Of a DNA stretch of 64,000 bases, positions 1 through 11,459 are shown piece after piece. The DNA comes from Naegleria gruberi. Taxonomy: Eukaryota. Where the stretch lies: NCBI GenBank assembly GCA_000004985.1, contig GG738866.1; one strand, 5' to 3'. The notes under the pieces are model-generated. The model did not search any database and had not been told where the DNA came from. It saw only the letters and a list, made by a program, of their open reading frames with translations. Both the position numbers and the translations under genes were made by a program. How positions within the stretch are numbered: position 1 is the stretch's first letter; the number at the start of each line of letters is the position of its first letter.

Positions 1-400
1 AACCCAAACCCAAACCCAAACCCAAACCCAAACCCAACCAAACCCAAACCCAAACCCAAACCCAAACCCAAACCCAAACCCAAACCCAAACCCAAACCCA
101 AACCCAAACCCAAACCCAAACCCAAACCCAAACCCAAACCCAAACCCAAACCCAAACCCAAACCCAAACCCAAACCCAAACCCAAACCCAAACCCAAACC
201 CAAACCCAAACCCAAACCCAAACCCAAACCCAAACCCAAACCCAAACCCAAACCCAAACCCAAACCCAAACCCAAACCCAAACCCAAACCCAAACCCAAA
301 CCCAAACCCAAACCCAAACCCAAACCCAAATCCAAACCCAAACCCAAATCCAAACCCAAACCCAAAACCTAAAACTAAAACTAAAAATAGAATTCTTCTA
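1..400. repeat. Terminal telomere-type repeat array (CCCAAA)n, about 65 units, C-rich strand reading 5' to 3' inward, which fits a left chromosome end; degenerate inner edge (CCAAAT, AAAACCT, AAAACT variants from about 330)
   Basis: Direct reading: near-perfect hexamer CCCAAA from base 1; one 1-nt deletion variant near base 38; decay into AAAACCTAAAACTAAAAC at 360-390. Confidence 0.9.
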
Positions 401-955
401 AACCCAACCTTCAAACCCTAGCCCAAAATTATAAACTTATTCAAATATCATTAAATTTTATATCATTCGATTGGAAATGATGAGTAGAACAACGTGGTAT
501 ATTTAGTTTTTCAATTTATAAAATATTAACTTTGTAAATAATGTCAGATTATAATTTGTAAAATGAAACCATAGGAAGAATGATAATTTCAAAATCCTTT
601 AATGAGATTATATAGTCTATATCACCATTAACAACATTCATAATCACTTTCATATAAAATTTCAAAAGTTCATGTCAGTAGGTATAAAAGTATCAAGTGA
701 AAGGGGAAGATGTGAGGTAAAAGAGGTCAACAATAACTTTTGAGTTTCTCATCAAAACATATTATAACCTGATATGAAAATGTTCCATTTGATTAGTAAA
801 CATCGAATATCAAATTTATTTTAACTTTCATATTTAAAGATTTCTTCCCTCAATCACACATGGTCTACTATGATGAAAAGGATGAAATCTTGAAAAAGGA
901 CCACCTATTGAAACTTTACCAAAATGATGTACATGATCTATAATGATATAGAATT

Positions 956-1005
956 NNNNNNNNNNNNNNNNNNNNNNNNNNNNNNNNNNNNNNNNNNNNN
1001 NNNNN
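956..1005. other. Assembly gap (50 N) joining two contigs
   Basis: Run of exactly 50 N, a conventional scaffold-gap size. Confidence 0.95.
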
Positions 1006-1388
1006 AAACCCAAACCCAAACCCAAACCCAAACCCAAACCCAACCCAAACCCAAACCCAAACCCAAACCCAAACCCAAACCCAAACCCAAACCCAAACCC
1101 AAACCCAAACCCAAACCCAAACCCAACCCAAACCCAAACCCAAACCCAAACCCAAACCCAAACCCAAACCCAAACCCAAACCCAAACCCAAACCCAAACC
1201 CAAACCCAAACCCAAACCCAAACCAAAACCCAAACCCAAACCCAAACCCAAACCCAAACCCAAACCCAAACCCAAACCCAAACCCAAACCCAAACCCAAA
1301 CCCAAACCCAAACCCAAACCCAAACCCAAACCCAAACCCAAACCCAAACCCAAACCCAAACCCAAACCCAAACCCAAACCCAAACCCA
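1006..1388. repeat. Second (CCCAAA)n telomere-type array (about 64 units) in the same orientation as the terminal array, ending abruptly at CCCACGACTAAGG
   Basis: Direct reading; occasional variants (CCCAACCCAAA at about 1040 and 1130, CCAAAACCC at about 1222). Confidence 0.9.
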
Positions 1389-2185
1389 CGACTAAGGTCA
1401 GACCCAACATTTTGACTTTTATTCATCTTAATTAATTATCTCAATAAATACTCATTATATATCAATATATTATATATCAATATACTCCAAATTGAATATA
1501 TAATCATAATATTACATAATATTACATCATTATAATGACTTATATAAGTTAATTTCATATAATAAATTAGACAATTAGAATATCAATGTAAAAATTTCAA
1601 AATCATTTCAAATCAATATATCACCTTATAAATCATGTTAATAACAATATATATCAATTTCAAATACTTTGGTATCATTTCAGGATGTTTACTATTCAAC
1701 TTGTCAACTGACCTATTCTAACATTGAAGGTAGAAATATATACCACTCCAATTCACTTCCAATACATATATACATGATAATAAAATATATTAATATCATT
1801 TTGACATTCATCCATATCATACATGGTACATGGCTGATCCACTTGATACCTATAGGGATGTGACAATGACATCTACTATACAGATCATTATGAAATTGAT
1901 ACAGTACCTTACCAATGATGATTTAACACCATAGTATCAGTTTCGTGACAATTTGAAATCATTCAACATGTCAGGAGTGTAATCATGAGAATTATGAATG
2001 TCAAGATAATCAAATCATATTAATTTTCAAATCTTTCAATTACAAGAGCATATATAGATCCATTAATCATGGTATTTCAATAATTGGTATTATATTTCAT
2101 ATCAATTCATTCAAACCTTAATGCCTTAGATGACCAACTCAATTTTAAACTATCATGAATCATATAACTATTGATACCATTGTGT

Positions 2186-2433
2186 NNNNNNNNNNNNNNN
2201 NNNNNNNNNNNNNNNNNNNNNNNNNNNNNNNNNNNNNNNNNNNNNNNNNNNNNNNNNNNNNNNNNNNNNNNNNNNNNNNNNNNNNNNNNNNNNNNNNNNN
2301 NNNNNNNNNNNNNNNNNNNNNNNNNNNNNNNNNNNNNNNNNNNNNNNNNNNNNNNNNNNNNNNNNNNNNNNNNNNNNNNNNNNNNNNNNNNNNNNNNNNN
2401 NNNNNNNNNNNNNNNNNNNNNNNNNNNNNNNNN
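2186..2433. other. Assembly gap (248 N)
   Basis: Run of N. Confidence 0.95.
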
Positions 2434-2559
2434 TCCCTTTATACCATCTAGTCACTGAGTAACATGGATGAAAATCTGGAAAATGACCTCTCTATGAAAC
2501 ACTTCCATCATGTTCACAAACTCAAATAATGTTGTAGAATTCAATTTTAGAGTTTTAAA

Positions 2560-3030
2560 ATGTAATTTGACAATATAGTAAGGTAAAGGTTGATATTTTA
2601 AGGTTGACTTGAAGGATTGAAAGGTGAAAATCAAGATATCAAAAACATCACTCCAGTCAATAAAACACATATGAAAATGTTGCAAATGATGAGTAGACAC
2701 CGAATTTATCATTTATTCTAACTGGAAATATCTCTAATATATACTTGGAAGTCAACTCTCTCTATAATGTACAAGTTGTTCCGCCAAGTTACCACTCTCA
2801 AATTAAATCATATACTCATGCTCTAAATCTCTAATAATATGTATACTTCAGTTTTCAGACGTTCTAGTGAACATTCCATCATATAGTAAGGTAAGGAGTG
2901 ATATATCAAGGTTGACTTTGAAGGATAGGGCAATATTCAATAAGAGAACTACATCCTCAATCTGCAAAATACATATCAATCGATTGTAAATCGATAGTAC
3001 ATCTCGAAAATATCATTTATTTTATGATTT
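2560..3030. repeat. Degenerate subtelomeric tandem repeat, period about 310 bp (unit at 2577-2720 resembles 2887-3030)
   Basis: Shared motif AGTAAGGTAA[A/G]G..TGATAT.T.AAGGTTGACTT(T)GAAGGAT.G...A.ATTCAA...ATCATTTATT at both positions. Confidence 0.5.
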
Positions 3031-3349
3031 GAAATCTCTCCTTGACTTCTTTTAGTCAATTAAGACAATTAAGGATGATACAATAGAAAAAGTTGACAAT
3101 CTCAAAATAAACTTTATTATCATGTAGTACATCTCAAATAAAGTGGACTTTATTCAAATTATATACTTTTATTTCAAGAAATGCATCCAGTAGATAGTAC
3201 TTGGTGATCTGTCATTTGTGGCTAGAAATCTGAAAGGTCCAAAAGCAAGTCTGTTTTCAAAGAAATTGATATAATGACATATAATCACTCTAATTAGTCA
3301 TGTGGTATCAATTTACTGAATACCTTAATGTCTACTCAACTTTTAACAA

Positions 3350-4510
3350 CAAGATGGCACTCCATCTCATCCAATTCAATATATGTATTACAAATATCAT
3401 ATATGAATAGAATCCTGAATCGAATACTCTTGATGCGTAGAACAATCTGAGAAAGTATCATACTCATGACTCAATTCCTCTTGATCATTGTTGTACTTTT
3501 CATTCATGCGTAGATAAAAATAACGTACATTCAAAAATACTCTCAAAAATTCTACGCATCAATATGAATGACAACCAAATTGATTGAATGTAAGTCCGTC
3601 CGCAAAGTGACGCAAAGTAACGGAATATCGAAATCGTTACTACTTTCGAATAGCTTGAAAACAACACATTTACACCACAACTCGATAACTAGATAAGAAC
3701 TATATACTTTTTTTAAAACTTTACTAAAAAAACCAACAAAATACCCAAACGGCGCTTAATAACCCTATATCAGATCATAAAGACCATGGAGCCACAGAAG
3801 AAACAAATCAAAACAACACGTTTCCTGAACCAACTATACCACCATCCATATAAGGACACGATCATCAAAATGAAAAAAACAAACTTCAACATCTTTATGA
3901 AAATGCAAACACATTGCCCCATTCCGATGATTGCACCCAATAATCAAGTTTAAACAGCACGTGGCGAGCCTGATATGTTAACAATTTCAAGAATATAGGC
4001 TCAGTAGATATTGAGATGTCAACTCTATCATTTTACTATAGAACTTTGACATAAAATAAAAGATTATGCTCCAAGTCACTTATTTTATATGCAATTAGTC
4101 TAGAATTGATAATACACATTCTGTACACCATTTATATACATATATACAAGTTTAGAAACAATTCATGATACTTTCATTCAGTCAATCAGTAAATGTTCAA
4201 TGTCAATAGTGCTTATATCCAATTGTACACACTGTCTCAATGAAAGTATATCCAAACATCATGTAACTTTACCAGATAAATTTAGTCACACTGATATACA
4301 TCTGGTATCAATTTTATTGTTTTAGAATTGAATTCAATATGATAATAATAACAATCTGTCCAATTGTCATATTTCAACATATAGAATGAATACCATCTCA
4401 GTCAATTTACAAAATATCATACTAGTATCAAATATGAATACACTTCCCTTGATGAGGAGAACAATCTGAGAAAGTTTTATATTCATGGCTCAATATCTTC
4501 AAGTCAACTA
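3350..4510. repeat. Diverged direct repeat about 1.03 kb apart (3350-3500 resembles 4384-4510)
   Basis: Shared string GAACAATCTGAGAAAGT.T.A.A.TCATG.CTCAAT..CTC preceded by ATATGAATA..CT(C)TTGATG.G.AG at both sites. Confidence 0.5.
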
Positions 4511-5846
4511 AGGAACATCTAAGGTAATCAATAGGGAATAATCTTAATTCCAAAATTAAATTTTACCATCATATCAAAGTCATTGAATAATGAATTAATT
4601 ATACAAGAATAATATATTCAATTGTCATATTCATGTCAGTAATCAGTGAAGGTGACACTTCTTAACCCTTAGTATACACATCTCAATATGTAGACAGTCA
4701 ATTCCACTGAAACTTGAAATATTACCTATCTAGATGATATAATAATGACTCTTCATAGTAAGATGCATGTGAAATTGAGTGTTGACCGTTTTCATCTTGT
4801 TATATTTATAGAGATGGTATCCAACAGAGTCAGTTCACAATATTAAATATTGAAACTCATTCTATAGGACAGATTTGATGTGCGGAACGGTTTTTTATTG
4901 AATGTAATCAGTTTGAAATAATCTGATGAAACTGACACTGTCTAGTCACCATTACATGACGAATAGACCAGAGTTTACATTCCCTCTCAGTCATTTCAAC
5001 GATTTATTGATTAATTCCACCACCATTATGTTTCTCGTACATTGTAGTACAGTTTATATTTCAAGAGTGATTTATGTGTAGATTTTTATAATCGTAATAC
5101 CATTCAATACCAATAAAACTAAATAGAAGAGTTAATTCTTCTCATTTTCAAATAGATTATTAAATATAGAACACATCTAGATAGTTTTTTTTCCAGATCA
5201 CAAAAGTCAAGATACTATATATGGTCTTTGATTAAATTTAAAAATAGACTGCCGTTGATTACTGGAATCTTGATTCAAAGCTTGATGATCAAGCTATTGA
5301 TTGAAATCAAACCGATTATTGAATATTGATCATTGAATTGGTGAATAATCACTTGAATCATGCTACATATTTCAGATTGCATGCAAATCAACCTGATTCA
5401 ATCTACAAAGGTTGGTACCGAAAACTACCATTCCACGATGAATCAACATTAGATTCACTTCCATTCAACTCAATTTGACCATTATAATCAATAAATCAAT
5501 GAAATGTTACTTTATTAGCAATACCTATTCAATCTAATGAGTAGATTCACGTCCCAAACATTTGACTTCTTAAAGTCGATATTTCAAAAGTTGATACTGA
5601 CCTGACCTTTAAATATCTATCAATATAAGAAATGAAACCATCAAATTTACATCATTAATAGATGATAAGAAATATAATCAATGATATAAATCTTCACTAA
5701 GTAATCTCTTAAATAACCCAAATAAATCAACTCTGAATCCACAATTACAAACTCGGAAAGAAATTCTTACAAAAAGAAATATCCTTAAACTTGATTGTAG
5801 TTATTGAACTACACTCAATTTAAATATTAACATGTTTCGCATATAA

Positions 5847-6980
5847 TTAGAAACACTTTCTGTGAACGATACCTGAGCCGGCATCTTCGTATTCCTCTTT
5901 CGTTATCCACATAGATTGAAAGGTCGAAAGTGAGGCAAAGATACTGCCTCCAATCCAGACAGAGTACTTTCTTTCTGGTGGAGCAATAACCGTAATCTTC
6001 ATTAAGGCAGGAGCCATAGCAGTCAATTCCTTGGTCATTCTTTCAGCAATACCTTCGAACATGGTTGTACCACCAGACAAGACAACGTTACCGTACAAGT
6101 CCTTTCTGATATCAATATCGCATTTACCAATTGAGTTGTAAGTAGTTTCATGAACACCAGCAGCTTCCATACCAATGAAGTTTGGTTGGAACAACACTTC
6201 TGGACATCTAAATCTTTCATTACCAACAGTAATGACATTACCATCTGGCAATTCGTATGACTTTTCAACAGATGATGATTCAGCAGCAACCTTCATTTCA
6301 GCTTCAAAGTCCAAAGCAATATAACAGAGCTTTTCCTTAATATCTCTGACAATTTCTCTTTCAGCAGTAGTATTGAATGAATAACCTCTTTCCATCAAAA
6401 TCTTCATCAAATAATCAGTCAAGTCACGACCAGCCAAATCCAATCTTAAAATAGCGTGTGGCAAAGCATAACCTTCATAAATTGGAACAGTGTGGGAAAC
6501 ACCATCACCAGAGTCCAAAACAATACCAGTAGTTCTACCAGAAGCATACAAGGACAAGACAGCTTGAATGGCAACATACATGGCTGGAACTGAGAAAGTT
6601 TCAAACATAATTTGAGTCATCTTTTCTCTATTGGCCTTTGGATTCAAAGGAGCTTCAGTCAACAAGACTGGATGTTCTTCTGGAGCAACTCTCAATTCAT
6701 TGTAGAAAGTGTGATGCCAAATCTTTTCCATATCATCCCAATTGGTAACAATACCATGTTCAATTGGATACTTCAAAGTCAAGATATCTCTCTTAGATTG
6801 AGCTTCATCACCAACATAGGCATCCTTATTACCCATACCAACCATGATTGATTTTTGCTTGGGTCTACCAATAATTGAAGGGAAGACAGCTATTGGAGCA
6901 TCATCACCAGCAAAACCAGCTTTACACATTCCAGAACCGTTGTCAACAACGAGGGCTTGAACGTCTTCACAGAAGGACAT
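5847..6980 (-). CDS. Actin (377 aa, complete, single exon); divergent at several usually invariant positions (for example [14 protein letters not shown] and [10 protein letters not shown])
   Basis: Full-length ORF with unmistakable actin sequence ([17 protein letters not shown]...[17 protein letters not shown]); stop TAA at 5847-5849. Confidence 0.95.
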
Positions 6981-7082
6981 GTTGAGAGTTTGTTTTTTTG
7001 TTTGTGAATAATGTCAAGATATCGGGATGTGAGTGTGATGACAGGTTAATGATTTGTTCAAGTTGGGTTGATGGGTGAATGC

Positions 7083-7090
7083 TATAAAAT
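7083..7090 (-). promoter_or_regulatory. Possible TATA element (TATAAAAT) about 100 bp upstream of the actin ATG
   Basis: Position relative to the start codon only; the motif is palindromic-like in AT-rich DNA. Confidence 0.2.
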
Positions 7091-8033
7091 ATGAAGGTCA
7101 ACAAGCAACTTGATGGTAACTTAAATTGTAAAATGAATTGTAAAAGATTATCAACACGCTTTCCTCACTAAAATCTAATCACCTTTACGCTATCCAAATC
7201 AAGAATTTTCCTAATACCAACTTGTTCAAAATATCTTTCTTTGTTTTTCCTTCATTAATTCCAAAGTGTTTTCCGCAATACTTAAACAACCTCTTTCTTA
7301 TTCTACATCATCCATTAAATCAAAAACTATTGCCAGTTGTTGAATTTATAAATTATCCTAAAGAAAATGAGAATAGAAAAATGTATTGAGAGGAATATAG
7401 AGGAAAGGGATTAGGTTGATAGTTATTGGAAAGAGTCATCCCAAAGGCTAAGGAAATGAATTATAAACAAGTGGAATTGGAGCACTTGCATTTGGATTTT
7501 CAAGAGTGGGTGATTGCACATTAATGTTCAAGATGTTATATTAGGTAGATAGGATTTAGTTTCTTAAAAATGGTTTTTATATTCTGTTGTGTGTCATAAT
7601 TATCGCACGATGAGCTGTGCCAATTTTATTCTTTCTACCTCATTTCAGTTCAGATAGTATCCAATCTATGTGGCTCTTCCAAATAATCATAGAATGAATT
7701 TCTCATCAAATTAAAATTCTCATCAAGAACAAAAGATTTAGTGACTGGATCCAGGTTTCAACACACTGAATTGTTTCAGGATCCATAAAAATTGAATTTG
7801 AAAGAAAACTCAATCTTCGTTGGAAACCTTTCGAACTATCATAAGTTAATGAAATGCTAATTCGTTGGAACAGTTTTTCTCTGGGGACCATTCTTGATTT
7901 AGAATTTTTACATTAACAACTCAACAGCAACAAAATTCCACAATATCACAAACTTGAGGTGATTAGTTTCCAATAATTGAACAGGATGATCTACGATATT
8001 CAACTCGGGTTGGTTGACTTAAAATAAAAAAAA

Positions 8034-8999
8034 ATGATTATAAGTGAAGAAAAGGAAAGCCGAGACTCTGCTGTCGTGCAATTAATCGATTTTAATTTAA
8101 ATAGAAACGAAAATTCACTAGTTCCTGATCTTTTCCAGAAATTAAACAACACAATGAAGAATTCTCCCTCCGTTAAGAATCATTTGAAATTTTCACAAAA
8201 CTTTGAAAAAATTGGTGTAGTGCTACTGATGGATGATGGTATTGATTTGGTCATATCGGAACAGTACGATTGTTTAATTATTAATGATGGAAATTATTTG
8301 AAAATTTATAACCTACCACAAGAAGGTGATGGAATTAATTTATCAGTTGATAGATTTAAGTGTTTGCTCTCTGTTCAATATGAGTATTCTTTTGCATGTA
8401 TGAAATTGGTGAATGAAAGAGGGGAGGATTTTATTTATGCAACTGCTAGAGGAGATTGTGTAGTAATTAAGATTAGAGTTTCAGATTTGATGAAGGGAGA
8501 ACCAACATTAATTTGGCAATCGATATTTGCTGTTGAAATTGAGAAATTGGATGTTTTCAAAAATAAGGTCTACATTACTAGTGGTTCAGAAATTATTATT
8601 TTGGATTCAAGCAATGGTCAACCACCTATTCTTGAGGTAAATATGCCAGCAATTGTTGATGGCTATTATCTGAAAATATTGTCAGAAAATCAAATATTAG
8701 TAGGTGATAATGAAAAATTGAAACTATATGGGAGGAATAATGGAGAATGGATCTTGATTAGTGATTTTTTAATTGGTGGCATTACATATATTTACCATGA
8801 AGAAGTTTCTAATTTGTTATACATTTCTATTAATCAAAATAAGGGTAATATTTCAGTGATTGAAATGAAGAATGGAAATTTTGAATTGGTAAAAACTTTT
8901 GGTGAATTTGTGTATAATACTGGAATGAAAATAGATAGAAGAAGTGGATATCTGTATGTTTGTAATACCTGTTCCTTTGAAGTGCTTATATATAAATAA
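8034..8999 (+). CDS. Hypothetical protein (321 aa), no recognisable domain
   Basis: Long ORF with AAAAAAAATG start context and codon usage like neighbouring genes. Confidence 0.55.
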   Translation: MIISEEKESRDSAVVQLIDFNLNRNENSLVPDLFQKLNNTMKNSPSVKNHLKFSQNFEKIGVVLLMDDGIDLVISEQYDCLIINDGNYLKIYNLPQEGDGINLSVDRFKCLLSVQYEYSFACMKLVNERGEDFIYATARGDCVVIKIRVSDLMKGEPTLIWQSIFAVEIEKLDVFKNKVYITSGSEIIILDSSNGQPPILEVNMPAIVDGYYLKILSENQILVGDNEKLKLYGRNNGEWILISDFLIGGITYIYHEEVSNLLYISINQNKGNISVIEMKNGNFELVKTFGEFVYNTGMKIDRRSGYLYVCNTCSFEVLIYK

Positions 9000-9103
9000 T
9001 AAAAACAGGTTCAATAACTGATTCCAAGTTTTGAAGTCTCCATGGTCAATGGAAATTTTGAATGAAAACATCAATCAAATAAACAAAGCTGATAAAAGGA
9101 AAT

Positions 9104-9176
9104 CGCCCACCGTGGGGGTCGAACCCACGACCACAAGGTTAAGAGCCTTGCGCTCTACCGACTGAGCTAGACGGGC
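9104..9176 (-). tRNA. tRNA-Lys(CUU): tRNA-Lys (anticodon CUU)
   Basis: Minus-strand sequence GCCCGTCTAGCTCAGTCGGTAGAGCGCAAGGCTCTTAACCTTGTGGTCGTGGGTTCGACCCCCACGGTGGGCG folds as a cloverleaf: 7-bp acceptor stem, D-loop AGCTCAGTCGGTAGAGC, anticodon loop CTCTTAA, T-loop GGTTCGA, 73 nt, no intron. Confidence 0.9.
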
Positions 9177-10364
9177 TGTATCATACTGAAAATATTAACA
9201 ATAAAAGCTATCCATACTTGTGCATGTTCCAGAAAGTTTCTTCTTATTCAAAATTATTCCCAAAATACTGTAATGTACATCCTCCTACGTAGCTGTCCTG
9301 TTCACTATTCTTTGAATTATTGGAAATATCAGAAACAGATTCTAACCTCCCTTATATAACTTTAATGCAATCGGTATTGACTGTTATTATTTTCTTCGAT
9401 ATTGAGAGATATTTATCATCCTGATTGGTCAATATACAAGTGTAAATTCATTAATCACTTGAACATTCCACACACAAAATCCAAAATCAATTTGTTCTAA
9501 AACTTTTCCATCAGACAAGCTTAATATCGAAAATTTCAAGTAAGGATCACAAAAATAGATAGTATTTCCATAATTTTGTAATCCAGCTGATCCATCAAAT
9601 AATTGACTCTTCCAAACACGTTTCAATTCATTGGGTTCTTTACATCAAACGGATATTTAAACCCCGAAATATTATCAGATAGAAAAGGCTTTCTTTCGTT
9701 TAGATTTGAATTTTTCCAACATGTGGGATGGAAAATTCACGTTAAAATCTATCAATTCGATATTTACTAAATTTCCATTAGTCAAAGATGAGGAATATTT
9801 TCTCTTCTTGGAGCAGCTTTCAAGGGAATTTTTAACAATTCGTTAGTGAAAGCTTCACCATTTTTTGTAACATTAGTTTGGATTGAAATTTTGTTTGTGT
9901 GATCTGATGGTCACTCCATGGTTGAAGAGAAACATCCAAGTTGAAAGTAGTAATTCATTGGAAGTTGATCATTTGCCATACTAAGATTCACTTTCAGGAA
10001 GAAGTTATTGTAATGATAGAAATACTTTTGAAAGGAATATGGTTACGTCATTCATTAAAGAAAGGTTTGGAAAGATTATCTTTTTTTTTATCCAATTTTA
10101 AAAAGCAGATTCCAAACATGTTTAATTCCAAAAATAGCACAAGTTCTTTCTAAGGAATTGATGTTAGACAACAATACAGTGAGTAATTTGCTTCAAGTTG
10201 AGGTCGATGAACTCTGAACAAATGTACTAAGTCTATTAAATCCCTTCAAATACGAAACTAATCCTCTAACCAATTTTTCTTTAAAACCTGAATCAATACA
10301 GCAATATTTTCAAAAACAACAAAACAAAAATACTTAAAAAACACTTCAAACTACTCACAACAAA

Positions 10365-11459
10365 ATGGAAGAACACCAAGCTCTTGTAATTGACAATGGT
10401 TCTGGAATGTGTAAAGCTGGTTTCGCTGGCGAAGATGCTCCTCGTGCTGTTTTTCCTTCATTAATTGGTAGACCAAAACAAAGGTCAATTATGGTTGGAA
10501 TGGGAAATAAGGATGCCTATGTTGGAGATGAAGCCATGTCAAAGAAGGGAATCCTCGCTCTCAAATATCCAATTGAGCACGGAATTATCACAAACTGGGA
10601 TGATATGGAAAAGATTTGGCATCATACTTTCTATAATGAATTGAGAGTTGGTCCTGAAGAGCATGGTGTCTTATTAACTGAGGCTCCATTGAATCCAAAG
10701 GCAAATCGTGAAAAGATGACACAAATTATGTTCGAAACCTTTAGAGTTCCAGCCATGTATGTTGCCATTCAAGCTGTCTTGTCCTTGTATGCTTCTGGAA
10801 GAACCACTGGTATTGTTTTGGATTCAGGAGATGGTGTTTCTCATACTGTTCCAATTTATGAAGGTTATGCTTTACCACATGCCATTTTGAGATTGGATTT
10901 GGCTGGTCGTGACTTGACTGATTATTTGATGAAGATCTTGATGGAACGTGGATACAGTTTCAATACCAGTGCTGAACGTGAAATTGTTAGAGATATTAAG
11001 GAAAAGCTTTGTTATGTTGCATTTGATTTTGAAACTGAAATGAAGAAAGCATCTGACAGTTCATCCATTGATACTTCATATGAATTACCAGATGGTAATG
11101 TTATCACAGTTGGTAACGAAAGATTCAGATGTCCAGAAGTGTTGTTCCAACCAAATTTCATTGGAATGGAAGCTGCTGGTGTTCATGAAACAACTTTCAA
11201 TTCTATTGGAAAGTGTGATATTGACATTAGAAAGGATTTATATGCCAATGTTGTACTTTCAGGCGGTACAACCATGTTTGAAGGAATTGCGGAGAGAATG
11301 AACAAGGAATTGACAGCTATGGCTCCAGCCTCAATGAAGATTACGGTTATTGCTCCACCAGAAAATTTGAAAAATAAATCAAATTCAAACATTTTCTTGA
11401 AATTAGATAGAAGTTTGTTGTTGTTGGAAAGCTCGTTGAATATCTTGACCAACTTTTGA
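10365..11459 (+). CDS. Actin paralog with an aberrant C-terminus (3'-truncated actin copy; possibly a pseudogene or neofunctionalised)
   Basis: Actin homology through residue 324 (…[10 protein letters not shown]), ending at nt 11364. The ORF then continues for 39 unrelated low-complexity codons ([31 protein letters not shown]) instead of the conserved [10 protein letters not shown]…HRKCF tail. No splice donor at the break. Confidence 0.8.
   Translation: MEEHQALVIDNGSGMCKAGFAGEDAPRAVFPSLIGRPKQRSIMVGMGNKDAYVGDEAMSKKGILALKYPIEHGIITNWDDMEKIWHHTFYNELRVGPEEHGVLLTEAPLNPKANREKMTQIMFETFRVPAMYVAIQAVLSLYASGRTTGIVLDSGDGVSHTVPIYEGYALPHAILRLDLAGRDLTDYLMKILMERGYSFNTSAEREIVRDIKEKLCYVAFDFETEMKKASDSSSIDTSYELPDGNVITVGNERFRCPEVLFQPNFIGMEAAGVHETTFNSIGKCDIDIRKDLYANVVLSGGTTMFEGIAERMNKELTAMAPASMKITVIAPPENLKNKSNSNIFLKLDRSLLLLESSLNILTNF

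Noticed and set aside
1-1388. Regular short repeats that could be taken for a CRISPR array
   Set aside because: Perfect 6-bp tandem units with no spacers; eukaryotic telomere repeat. No cas genes, and the whole window is eukaryotic (spliceosomal introns, tRNA genes, actin)
834-1426. ORFs encoding poly-(VW), poly-(GL), poly-(GF) and poly-(NP) peptides
   Set aside because: These are simply translations of the (CCCAAA)n telomere array and the N gap in different frames, not genes
2155-2458. Three ORFs consisting almost entirely of X
   Set aside because: They span the 248-N assembly gap
6035-6851. Antisense or alternative-frame ORFs inside the actin gene (6035-6289, 6612-6851), and likewise 11068-11301 and 11183-11539 over actin B
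   Set aside because: Overlapped by an unambiguous conserved actin CDS
10365-11459. Actin B rescued by an intron at the homology break (11364)
   Set aside because: No GT donor at or near the break, and no downstream segment in any frame encodes the conserved [10 protein letters not shown]…HRKCF tail within 600 bp
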